A stretch of DNA of 64,000 nt from Stellaceae bacterium (lineage in GTDB: Bacteria; Pseudomonadota; Alphaproteobacteria; ATCC43930; CGMCC-115725): contig DASYBC010000155.1 in the NCBI GenBank assembly GCA_036500965.1, positions 1,230-65,229 on the forward strand, written 5' to 3'. Below are positions 40,825 through 48,332 of this stretch, in pieces. Under the pieces are notes generated by a model. It searched no databases and was not told the DNA's origin. It saw nothing but the letters and a program-made list of their open reading frames with translations. A program made the translations under genes and the position numbers. The stretch's first letter is position 1, and every line of letters starts with the position of its first letter.

Positions 40825-41025
40825 TCAGCCCATCCCGTGGCCCTGGCCGCGGTACACCACCCGCCAGTGCTCCGAGCACCAGCTCTCCCCCGGCCGCCGA
40901 GCTTTTGCCCCGCAGTACATTCCACGTCGAAGGGGCAGCGGCTCTCCGGCGATCATCCGGCAGCCGCGCATGTCCGCATCCCGGAGCGGCTGGGGCTGCG
41001 GCTGGTCGCAGGGTTGTTCGCTCAT
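40825..41025 (-). CDS. GcrA C-terminal-domain-like mini protein (66 aa)
   Basis: CRMIAGEPLPLRRGMYCGAKARRPGESWCSEHWRVVY fits the C-x-W/M-P/I-x-G-D/E-P ... F/Y-C-G ... G-x-x-Y/W-C-x-x-H ... Y pattern of GcrA C-termini. ATGA overlap with the upstream gene (TCAT at 41022-41025). Confidence 0.5.
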   Translation of the reverse strand: MSEQPCDQPQPQPLRDADMRGCRMIAGEPLPLRRGMYCGAKARRPGESWCSEHWRVVYRGQGHGMG

Positions 41026-41711
41026 GCGGCCCTCCGGCTCGCCCGCTTCCGACATCGCGCCGAACAGGTCCGAGCCTCCGCCCGCTTCGCCTGGAATGCT
41101 GCCCCGCAGACCGCGCAGAGCCGGGCTAGGGATGTGTGACCGGCTCCTGCCGCACCACCGCACCCCGGAGGCATGTCACACGTCTCCTGGGGCACCGGAG
41201 GCGCTTCGGCGACCAGGGCGGCGGCCCACGTCCTCGGGTCGGGCATGATCCACGTCCGCGGGGCTGGCGGGGCTGGCGGCAGCGGCTCTGCCCGACCAAT
41301 CTCGTCCAGCAGCATCTCGCGCAGGCCGGCCTCAGTGACGCGGCGGCGCCACGGCGCGAGCCGTTCCCGGATCAGCCAGTGCTCTCTGGGGTGCACCTCG
41401 CCACGGCGCAGCCAGAATTCGGCATACCAGCGCGGGTTGACCTTGAGCGCGTGCAGGGTGGCGAGGGCTCCGGCGAGGAGGAAATCGCTCTTTCGCCGGA
41501 AGATAAGGTCTTTTTCGCCAGCGATTTCAGGGACTTGCGAGAGGGCCAAAACGGGGCCGCTATGGTCGTAGCTTCCCGTTCCCGCGGCACTGATAACAAA
41601 GGCTTTTTCGGTGTTATTCCGGCAGCGACTAGGCGGGCGTCCGCGCCGGGTTTTCCTGCCGCCAGCGGGGATGCGAGCCGGGCGGGGGGCGCTGGGGCGG
41701 GGGCTGCTCAC
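41022..41711 (-). CDS. hypothetical protein with a C-terminal zinc ribbon
   Basis: 229 aa. C-terminus CAVCGAAFQAKRAEARTCSARCRKRASR. Translationally coupled on both sides. Confidence 0.5.
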   Translation of the reverse strand: MSSPRPSAPRPARIPAGGRKTRRGRPPSRCRNNTEKAFVISAAGTGSYDHSGPVLALSQVPEIAGEKDLIFRRKSDFLLAGALATLHALKVNPRWYAEFWLRRGEVHPREHWLIRERLAPWRRRVTEAGLREMLLDEIGRAEPLPPAPPAPRTWIMPDPRTWAAALVAEAPPVPQETCDMPPGCGGAAGAGHTSLARLCAVCGAAFQAKRAEARTCSARCRKRASRRAA

Positions 41712-41908
41712 GACACGCCCCCAAGCCGCGCCAGGGCGTCCTGTGCTGCGTGCCGCTGCGCCACGTACTCCTTTGCCGCGTCCGCGTCGATCAGAGACTT
41801 CCCATCGATCACATGCGAGCGCAGACGGCCGCGACGAAGGTCACGGAAGATCGTGCGCAGGCTTACCCCCGCCTCAACGGCGATGTGTTCATAGGAAACG
41901 AGATGCAT
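41708..41908 (-). CDS. helix-turn-helix DNA-binding protein (excisionase/MerR-like)
   Basis: 66 aa. YEHIAVEAGVSLRTIFRDLRRGRLRSHVIDGKSLI. ATGA overlap with the next gene. Confidence 0.55.
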   Translation of the reverse strand: MHLVSYEHIAVEAGVSLRTIFRDLRRGRLRSHVIDGKSLIDADAAKEYVAQRHAAQDALARLGGVS

Positions 41909-42043
41909 GGCTTGACTTCCTTTGCGCGGTTGCGCTGCTGCGCTTCGCGCTTGTGGAAGTTCTATTATGACAGGCTGGCGGCCAGCGGTTGCAAGGGTCT
42001 CAGTGCCAGGCTGGCAGCCTCGCAGCCCCGCGCAGTCGCAGCA

Positions 42044-42065
42044 AAGGCCGCACTGCGGCGGCCTT
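42044..42065 (-). terminator. possible terminator hairpin after the 250-aa gene
   Basis: AAGGCCGC-ACTGCG-GCGGCCTT 8-bp stem, 24 nt downstream of the stop at 42089. The U-tract is weak (TTGCTG). Confidence 0.3.
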
Positions 42066-42088
42066 GGCAGGAGCCCGGCGGGGCTGGC

Positions 42089-42841
42089 TCAGCCCGCCTC
42101 CTGTCCACGGACGAAAGCACAAAAACGCTCGATAGCCTCGGCCTGCTGCTCGCGGAAGAGCGCGGCCATCCGAGGATCGGTCTCAATCCATACTGATACT
42201 ATGTTAAGGTTATGCAGCACCTCCTTTTCGTACTCCTTGTACTTTTTAGCTACACGCGAAGGGAGCGGAGAGGCGGCTTTCGACTGGGCTGACGCCGGGT
42301 CGTTGTTGTCCATAGGAGCAGGCGGACGCTGCCGCAGCCTATCAACCATGTCGGTAAGCTCCTGGCGCTCTGATTGTGTTACATCCGGCCAATGAGAGCC
42401 CACGCAATCTATGATCTGCGACCAGTGCACTGACAGGTCTTTGTGGGTCTGAGGGCCTTCTTTGGGTTGGACATGTGGGTCCGGGCCGGGAACGGTAGCA
42501 CCCGTGTCGATATCTACGCGGGGATTTTGCGTGATCGGCAACGACTGCCGATCATCCACATTGGTGCTGTGGTTTGGCCGGCCGCCGCCAGCTTGCGCGA
42601 TCCTATAGCGGATCGTCCGATCTGACATGATGCCCGGCTCAATAAGGTTCTCCCGGCACCAATCGGACCAAGCTTGCGCGCATCGTCCGGTCTGACACTC
42701 CTCCCGTTGCTCAATCAGCTCCTTGCCCGTGCGGATCGCCGCGGCTTCTCCCCGCGCGACTTCGGCCTCATTCGCCCGAATGCGGTCAACACGGGATGGC
42801 TCGTTGCGAAGCGCGACCACGTCGGCGGAAGCCGGGGTCAT
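42089..42841 (-). CDS. hypothetical protein with a DUF3102-like N-terminus
   Basis: 250 aa from the ATG at 42841 (GGAGG RBS). The N-terminus RIRANEAEVARGEAAAIRTGKELIEQRE...WSDWCRENL...SDRTIRYRIAQA resembles plasmid/phage DUF3102. The 3' third is visibly lower in GC. Confidence 0.5.
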   Translation of the reverse strand: MTPASADVVALRNEPSRVDRIRANEAEVARGEAAAIRTGKELIEQREECQTGRCAQAWSDWCRENLIEPGIMSDRTIRYRIAQAGGGRPNHSTNVDDRQSLPITQNPRVDIDTGATVPGPDPHVQPKEGPQTHKDLSVHWSQIIDCVGSHWPDVTQSERQELTDMVDRLRQRPPAPMDNNDPASAQSKAASPLPSRVAKKYKEYEKEVLHNLNIVSVWIETDPRMAALFREQQAEAIERFCAFVRGQEAG

Positions 42842-43095
42842 GACGCTGCCTCCGGGCTGGGCAGCTCCCAACCCTCCCGCAGTGCCCACAGGGGATCAAA
42901 GATTTCGAGGCTGTCCGGGTCGGCGTGTTCCATGATCTCCGGTTCGGCATCGGTGATAACGCGCACGATCGTGCGCCACTGCGCCTCGGTGAACGGGATG
43001 GTCACTCCGCGCGGCGCTGCCCGGCGCGTCCTCGGCGATCCCGGCGCTCCGGGGAACTGGATCACGTTGCCGCTGCCGTCGCTGCTGGTGCTCAT
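42838..43095 (-). CDS. hypothetical protein (85 aa)
   Basis: ATGA overlaps at both ends, 42838-42841 and 43092-43095. Confidence 0.45.
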   Translation of the reverse strand: MSTSSDGSGNVIQFPGAPGSPRTRRAAPRGVTIPFTEAQWRTIVRVITDAEPEIMEHADPDSLEIFDPLWALREGWELPSPEAAS

Positions 43096-43325
43096 TCTGT
43101 TCTCCCCTGGCTCTGCTGGCTCTGGCTTATCAGGTGCTGGATTGCGAGTTCGACGACGCGCGGGATGGGGGCAGGCCGGCCGCTTTGCCTCTGCCGGCCG
43201 CGCTCCCAATTCCCAAGCTGGCCGAGAGACACGCCGAGGGCCGCTGCAAGCTGCCACTGGGTCAGCCGCAGGCGCTTTCGCAGGCTTCTAAGTTCCTCGC
43301 CGGTCATAGCTCGGAGATATGCCAT
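43092..43325 (-). CDS. XRE-family helix-turn-helix regulator
   Basis: LRSLRKRLRLTQWQLAAALGVSLGQLGNWERG is a Cro/CI-type HTH. Confidence 0.7.
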   Translation of the reverse strand: MAYLRAMTGEELRSLRKRLRLTQWQLAAALGVSLGQLGNWERGRQRQSGRPAPIPRVVELAIQHLISQSQQSQGRTE

Positions 43326-43443
43326 GATGGCACTTCTGTCAAGGCCGCAGGCAGGGAATTTTGGAGCCTCGATCGAGGATGTGACACTGTACCAGGCTGG
43401 TACAGATGTCCCCTCTGCCGACCTCGGGGCGCGCCCTGGCCGG

Positions 43444-43854
43444 TCACGCCGCGCCTCGGGCCACCTGCGCAGGATCAGGCCACGCATTCAAGGGCACCTC
43501 GGCCGCCATCCACTCGGCAATCTCGCGCTTGGCCGGAGTGCCGAGCCGACGGAATAACGCCTTCATTGCCTCCGCAATCTCCTCCTCCGAAGCGTCACCT
43601 GCGGCGACGATGGCTTCCAGAGGTTGCGCGAGAATGGCGTGACCGTCCGACGGCTTCATCTCCCTGATGTCTTCTCGGCTGTAGCCGCGTTGGGCGAGCG
43701 CTGCCTTCTGCGCTTTGGTGAGCATGAAGGAGACGGTGGCAGCCGGTCGTAGCTCAGCTGTCGCCGGCGCAGGCGGGGCCGGAACGTAAGTGACGGGCGG
43801 GTCGATGGGCGGTGCGACGGCCATGTCCGTGACAGGTGCGGGGCTTAAATTCAT
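43444..43854 (-). CDS. hypothetical protein (start uncertain: 43854, 43824 or 43725)
   Basis: Pro-rich N-terminus, then MLTKAQKAALAQRGYSREDIREMKPSDGHAIL. Overlaps the tail of the 77-aa ORF if the 43854 start is used. Confidence 0.4.
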   Translation of the reverse strand: MNLSPAPVTDMAVAPPIDPPVTYVPAPPAPATAELRPAATVSFMLTKAQKAALAQRGYSREDIREMKPSDGHAILAQPLEAIVAAGDASEEEIAEAMKALFRRLGTPAKREIAEWMAAEVPLNAWPDPAQVARGAA

Positions 43855-43987
43855 CGGCAATCTTCCCGATCTTCTCCCGATAGGCGTCTTCGAGAGCTTT
43901 GAGTTCGGTGAGGTTCTCGAAGATTGTCTGTTCAAGGGTGGGCGGGTTGTTTGATGGCAAGACTGCGGCGGTGGCATCCCCGGTCAT
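43754..43987 (-). CDS. hypothetical protein (77 aa)
   Basis: The first ~47 aa look coding (LEQTIFENLTELKALEDAYREKIGKIADEF). The last 30 aa are Arg/His/Cys-rich like an off-frame read. Confidence 0.35.
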   Translation of the reverse strand: MTGDATAAVLPSNNPPTLEQTIFENLTELKALEDAYREKIGKIADEFKPRTCHGHGRRTAHRPARHLRSGPACAGDS

Positions 43988-44214
43988 GCCGCGCCCCTGG
44001 CTCGGCAGATGCTCCGGGCAGGGATCACGCGAGCGGCCAGCCAGCGCTCCGCTGCCGCGGCAGGCACCAGGGTCCGCCGACCTCGCTTTACGATGTCCGG
44101 CGCGTCACCGCGAGCGCACATCCTATAGAACTCGCTCTTACTGAGCGAGTGGCTCGCGAGGAAAGCACGCAGGGGTAGAAGGACGGGGACGGGGATTGCT
44201 TCAGCGCTGCTCAT
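43984..44214 (-). CDS. second AlpA/excisionase-type HTH protein
   Basis: LLPLRAFLASHSLSKSEFYRMCARGDAPDIVKRGRRTLVPAAAAERWL. ATGA overlap with the next gene. Confidence 0.6.
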   Translation of the reverse strand: MSSAEAIPVPVLLPLRAFLASHSLSKSEFYRMCARGDAPDIVKRGRRTLVPAAAAERWLAARVIPARSICRARGAA

Positions 44215-44438
44215 GCTCGGGTGCTCCGCGGCCGGGGCCAGGCCGCCTGGGATGCTGAGGGTCGATCTGACCCTCTCACTTAATAGCCGGGTGTGCAGAG
44301 AGCCCCGACGCGCCCCACATCTTGCATCCGCGGCCCAGGACCTACTACCCTGGGCTGGCTTGTGGCAGAGCGGAGACACGGTTCCAGGCGGCCCGGTGCT
44401 GTGGTGGGCACCGGGCTTCGCCCTCCCTGCATTCCACA

Positions 44439-45392
44439 TTACCCGCGGTGGAGGATGCGTCCTCCATTTTTCTTTTGTGGTTTGCCTACGCTGCGCAGGG
44501 TTTCTACAGGGCCAGGTTGTGGGATGTCCGCGCTGCGGACATCATCCAGCGTTGTACTGTTGGTTGCGGGCTCCGGGCTCGCTGCCGCAGCCAGCTCCCC
44601 GATCACCGCCCCGATCACAGCCTTAAAGACCCGGCCGACCCGCAGCCGACCTTGAGGCTCCGACGCGTCTGCCTGCCGTGCTTCCCGCTCCTCACATCCG
44701 CAGCTCGTCCGCCTTCCGGCCTTGAGCAGGTCGGAGCGGTAGTCGGCGACGTGACCGCAAGCGCAGCGACAGCGCCACGCCGTGTTGTGTCCTCGGGATC
44801 GCCGCGCCCGGCCCGTCACAGTGAGCCGGCCGAAGCACTGGCCCATCAGGTTTGCGGCACTTCGGTGCAGCGGGCCGAGCCCGAGCTTCAAGCATCCGCA
44901 GCTTCGGGTGGAACCGTAGATCAGGCAATCCCGCGCCACGTCCTTGGTGATGCCGCAGGAGCAACGGCAGCGCCAGAAGCCCGGAACCTCCGAGCGTGCC
45001 AGCACTTCCAGGCGGCCGAAAGCGAAGCCTCGCAGGTCGCGCGGGAAGCCTCCTCTCTGGTCTGCGAGGGCAGCCGGGTCATCCTCGAAGTGCATGCCCG
45101 AGGGCCATTTGTCGAGTGCCGCGGGGAAGCCCAGCCGTTCGAGCACCTCGGCGAAGATTGCCTCGGTGAGCGTCCGGCGCTGATCGCACGGGGCTGCCGT
45201 CAGCTCGGGCAGGATCAGCCGCTCTTCCACCCGCTTGCGGGACCAGAAGTCACCAGAGGCGAGCCGGAACCAGCGCCGGCCGTCCCAAGCCGCGCCCCGC
45301 TCGCGCAGCTCCGCGGCTACCTCTGACGCCAACTCGTCGAACGCGGCCTCGGCGGTGGTCGGGGCTCGCGCCGCATCTGCTATTTCAGTCAT
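44439..45392 (-). CDS. protein with two tandem Cys-rich zinc-ribbon modules
   Basis: Two copies of FGRL-x-V...WRC-x-C-x-CG...SCGC: FGRLEVLARSEVPGFWRCRCSCG...RSCGC and FGRLTVTGRARRSRGHNTAWRCRCACG...TSCGC. Confidence 0.55.
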   Translation of the reverse strand: MTEIADAARAPTTAEAAFDELASEVAAELRERGAAWDGRRWFRLASGDFWSRKRVEERLILPELTAAPCDQRRTLTEAIFAEVLERLGFPAALDKWPSGMHFEDDPAALADQRGGFPRDLRGFAFGRLEVLARSEVPGFWRCRCSCGITKDVARDCLIYGSTRSCGCLKLGLGPLHRSAANLMGQCFGRLTVTGRARRSRGHNTAWRCRCACGHVADYRSDLLKAGRRTSCGCEEREARQADASEPQGRLRVGRVFKAVIGAVIGELAAAASPEPATNSTTLDDVRSADIPQPGPVETLRSVGKPQKKNGGRILHRG

Positions 45393-45401
45393 GTCCCTGC
45401 C

Positions 45402-46244
45402 TCAGACCGCGATCAGCTTGCCACGCCACCAAATCCGCCCGAAGCCAGGCTCAGGGTGCTCGGTGACGACTTGCACCAGCTCAGGTGGCAAAAGCTCGCC
45501 GCTCGCCCACGTGAGCACCGCAAAGCCGCTGCGCCAATCGGTCGGACCGGCTTCGAGGTAATTCGTGAACAAGGACGAGTTGACATCGGCGACGCAGCCA
45601 CAATCCACGCCCCAGACCGTGCCTCGGAGCGAGGTTACGGGGATGATCTTTTGGCTGTGGGTATGGCCGGTCACGTAAGTTGCGCCTGCCCGGACGGCAT
45701 TTCGATACGCGGCGTGAGTGCCCCCGGTCAGACGGTGGGCGATGTAGGCTGGACTGTTGCTGACCGAATTAACGCGGACTTGCCAGCTGAAAGCCCAAGC
45801 TGGGAAGAAGTCTTCAAGGCAGGTGCCGTGAAGTCCTTCAAGCTGTGGCGCCTGGTTGCTGAGAAAGCTGGAAAGTCGCAGGCAGTGATTTCCGAGGTTC
45901 CACACGCGCCGCGCCTTGGGCGCCGCGATCTGGATTTCACGCAACCGAGTTTGTGCCTCGGCGATCTCGTCAACGACTTTCGGGCGTTCTTCCCACAGGA
46001 TGCGGCTGTGCTTGCTGATGCTCGGGAAGTCGCACACGTCGCCGTTCGCGACGATGAGCTGCGGCTTGAGCTTCCGCGCAAGCATGACGGCCGCGCGCCA
46101 TGCGGTCGGCGCTGGGCTGCGATGGTCGAAGTGACAGTCGGAGAAGGCCAGAGCCACGCCATCCCGCAGGGTGACATCGATCCGGCTTTCCATCCGGGCG
46201 GTCGTCTCTGCCGCGCTTTCCGCGGTCTTGTGTGCTTGTGACAA
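45402..46244 (-). CDS. calcineurin-like metallophosphoesterase
   Basis: SDCHFD, NGDVCD, GNHC and GHTH motifs in canonical order. Confidence 0.75.
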   Translation of the reverse strand: MSQAHKTAESAAETTARMESRIDVTLRDGVALAFSDCHFDHRSPAPTAWRAAVMLARKLKPQLIVANGDVCDFPSISKHSRILWEERPKVVDEIAEAQTRLREIQIAAPKARRVWNLGNHCLRLSSFLSNQAPQLEGLHGTCLEDFFPAWAFSWQVRVNSVSNSPAYIAHRLTGGTHAAYRNAVRAGATYVTGHTHSQKIIPVTSLRGTVWGVDCGCVADVNSSLFTNYLEAGPTDWRSGFAVLTWASGELLPPELVQVVTEHPEPGFGRIWWRGKLIAV

Positions 46245-46359
46245 CTTCGGTTCCTTCGGGGCTTTATCGCCCTCTTTGAGCCCTCGCGTCAGCCCGGCTG
46301 TTGCCGTTGGTGCGCTGGCGCGGGGTCGTGGTGTGGCTACGCGGGATGCGCAGCCAGGA

Positions 46360-46566
46360 TTACGCGGCCTTGCTCTTGCCTCGCTCGGCTGGTGAAGCCT
46401 TGAGCCAAGTCACAGCAAGCTCCGGGTCCTCTCGGCCGAGTTCGGCTGCAATCCCGCGCCGAGCAATCTCGGAAATGCTCCTGCTCGTGTCGGCGACGTA
46501 ATGCCGGAGCAACGTGCGTTGATGCTTCGACACCACAAGGGACAGCAGTGTGTTTTCATCGGTCAT
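46360..46566 (-). CDS. ribbon-helix-helix (CopG-like) protein
   Basis: 68 aa from the ATG at 46566 (GGAGGT RBS). LLSLVVSKHQRTLLRHYVADTSRSISEIARRGIAAEL. Confidence 0.55.
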   Translation of the reverse strand: MTDENTLLSLVVSKHQRTLLRHYVADTSRSISEIARRGIAAELGREDPELAVTWLKASPAERGKSKAA

Positions 46567-46590
46567 CTTTGGTCGTACCTCCGTCAAACC

Positions 46591-46613
46591 GGAGTTAGGT
46601 GATACGTAACTCC
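46591..46613. promoter_or_regulatory. palindromic candidate operator upstream of the RHH gene
   Basis: GGAGTTA-N9-TAACTCC, 25 nt upstream of the RHH start. TAACTC is repeated again at 46615-46620. Confidence 0.3.
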
Positions 46614-46951
46614 ATAACTCATTATCCCGGTCAGCCTGGGGAGGTCGCAACTGCGGCAACATCGCCGTGCTCACAGCCTGGAAACCCCGTAGGAATTCGG
46701 AGCGCTGCTGAGCGCGCAGGCAACGCCGCGCTCCCGCCTGCCCCGGACCAGCCCGCGAAAGCCCTCAGAAACTCCTACAAAAGGTGCCATGCTGCTGCCG
46801 TGCTGGCGCCGTCGGGCTCAGCGCCGCACCAACCTAATCAGTCACTTGTGAGGATGGGAAAGGCGTAGGACGGCCGACCCGCATGCTGTTTAATCTGGTG
46901 CGCGCACGCAGGCGCGTGACGCCGGCGGGCATGCCAGGGCCAGCGGAAGCC

Positions 46952-47554
46952 TCAGTCTTTCCACAACCCGTCGAACCGTGTGGCGCTCATCTGGGCATAG
47001 CGCGCGGTGTTGTTGACGTTTGCATGGCCGAGGTAGGCCGCGAGCGACAGGCTATCCATCCCTTGGTTGACCAGCCGAAAGCCACAGCCGTGGCGCAATA
47101 GGTGTGGATGCACGTCGGCGATCCCGGCACGCTCTGCGGCCTTCGTGAGCATCTTAAAGAAGCCGTTGCGCGTCATCGGCGCACCTCGGCTGGTCATGAA
47201 TACGAAGCGGCTGCCGACTGGCTGCGCGCGACGCAGCTTGCGAAGCAACCGCACCTCGCGACCGCGCAGTGGATGCACGCCATCCCGACCGCCCTTGGCG
47301 CGGATCACCGTCACGTGGCCAGCATCTAGGTCAAGCTGGCGCCACTGCATGCTGATCAGCTCGCTGACGCGGAGCCCGTGCGTATAGGCCATCAAGATCA
47401 TAGCGCGGTCGCGCTCGTTGTCGGCGGTCTTGACGATCTGATCCACCTCGGCCTCGGTCAGGTAGCCACGCTTTGGTGCGAGGTGCGCGTCAGTATCCAA
47501 ATCGGTGCTCGGTTCGGCTTCTGTTCTTACGGCGCGAACGGCGGATTTGTTCAT
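46952..47554 (-). CDS. small tyrosine recombinase (catalytic domain only, FimB/FimE/Xer-like, 200 aa)
   Basis: YTHGLRVSEL, RAKGG, HPHLLRHGCGFRL, LGHANVNNTARY (R..H-x-x-R..Y catalytic set). AGGAG RBS upstream of the ATG at 47554. Confidence 0.8.
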   Translation of the reverse strand: MNKSAVRAVRTEAEPSTDLDTDAHLAPKRGYLTEAEVDQIVKTADNERDRAMILMAYTHGLRVSELISMQWRQLDLDAGHVTVIRAKGGRDGVHPLRGREVRLLRKLRRAQPVGSRFVFMTSRGAPMTRNGFFKMLTKAAERAGIADVHPHLLRHGCGFRLVNQGMDSLSLAAYLGHANVNNTARYAQMSATRFDGLWKD

Positions 47555-47568
47555 ACGTGGGCTCCTTT

Positions 47569-47598
47569 CAGTATCCAATATGGTCGGTTTGGATACTG
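47569..47598. promoter_or_regulatory. lox/dif-like site: perfect 10-bp inverted repeats around a 10-bp spacer
   Basis: CAGTATCCAA-TATGGTCGGT-TTGGATACTG, 15 bp upstream of the small recombinase start. A third arm copy CAGTATCCAA lies at 47491-47500 inside the gene. Confidence 0.45.
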
Positions 47599-48299
47599 CC
47601 GCCAAGGGGCGAATTTCGTCGCGCACCGTCAGCCGCGCATCGACATCGTCGCGCAGGCGCATCACCGTCTTGGGACGCGGCGGCACGGATCAGTGCGTCA
47701 CGGCTCAAGCGCTGTCGCGCTGCGCGCTTGGAACAATTTAGGAACTGACCCACTGGGGTGAGCTTTCCCCCAAGGCAAGCATGCTTGGAGCGGCAGTTCC
47801 GGGGACCCGGTGGGAGCGGGCAGCCAAGATATAAAATTAAAAAGAGAGCCCCTATGGGACTTCGCAACCCAAGCGTGCTGGCGCTGGGGTCGCGCTCGGG
47901 AAATATTACAAAAGCAGGCTGTGGGAGCTTGGTTGTGCCTGCGGGCAGGGCACGCGCGGAGCGGGCAATGGGGCTGAACGGCTGGGTAGGCGCTCGCGCT
48001 GCGGCCCTGGCGAAGACGAGCAGCAGTCGCAACCAGCCACCGTCCCCAACCCAGCCGCCGATAGTCTACTTCCTTAGTCCCGCACTCCTACCGAGCAACC
48101 TCTTTATGAGTGCCCAGTGTGCGAGATCGGCCCGGCCGCCGGCAATCCCCGAGCACCGATGCGCCGAGACGCAGCCGCGCGACCCGGCCGTTCGGGATTT
48201 TCGGGTGCTGCGCGGGTGCCCTGCTGCAAAGGTGGTTGAAAGTGGGGTTGAGCCGTCGAAATTTCGTGAGAGCGGCGGTTTTGCTGGGTTGCGTGAGGA

Positions 48300-48332
48300 C
48301 CATGCCTCCCCGCCCGCTCCCCTTCCAAGCCG
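48300..48332 (+). repeat. attR core (33-bp direct repeat)
   Basis: Identical to 26552-26584. Confidence 0.8.

Larger units (their letters stand above)
26552..48332. mobile_element. ~21.8-kb integrative element (P4-like integrase plus SF3-helicase replicon) bounded by a 33-bp direct repeat
   Basis: Identical 33-mers at 26552-26584 and 48300-48332. An integrase sits just inside the left copy. The content is phage/plasmid-like or orphan, and the flanks are housekeeping genes. Confidence 0.8.

Noticed and set aside
47700-48299. ORFs 47568-48032(-), 47758-48396(+) and 48066-48370(-) in the 600 bp before attR.
   Set aside because: They overlap one another and have low-complexity Arg/Pro/Ala-rich products with no RBS or motif support. 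The region is treated as non-coding element end (P' arm).
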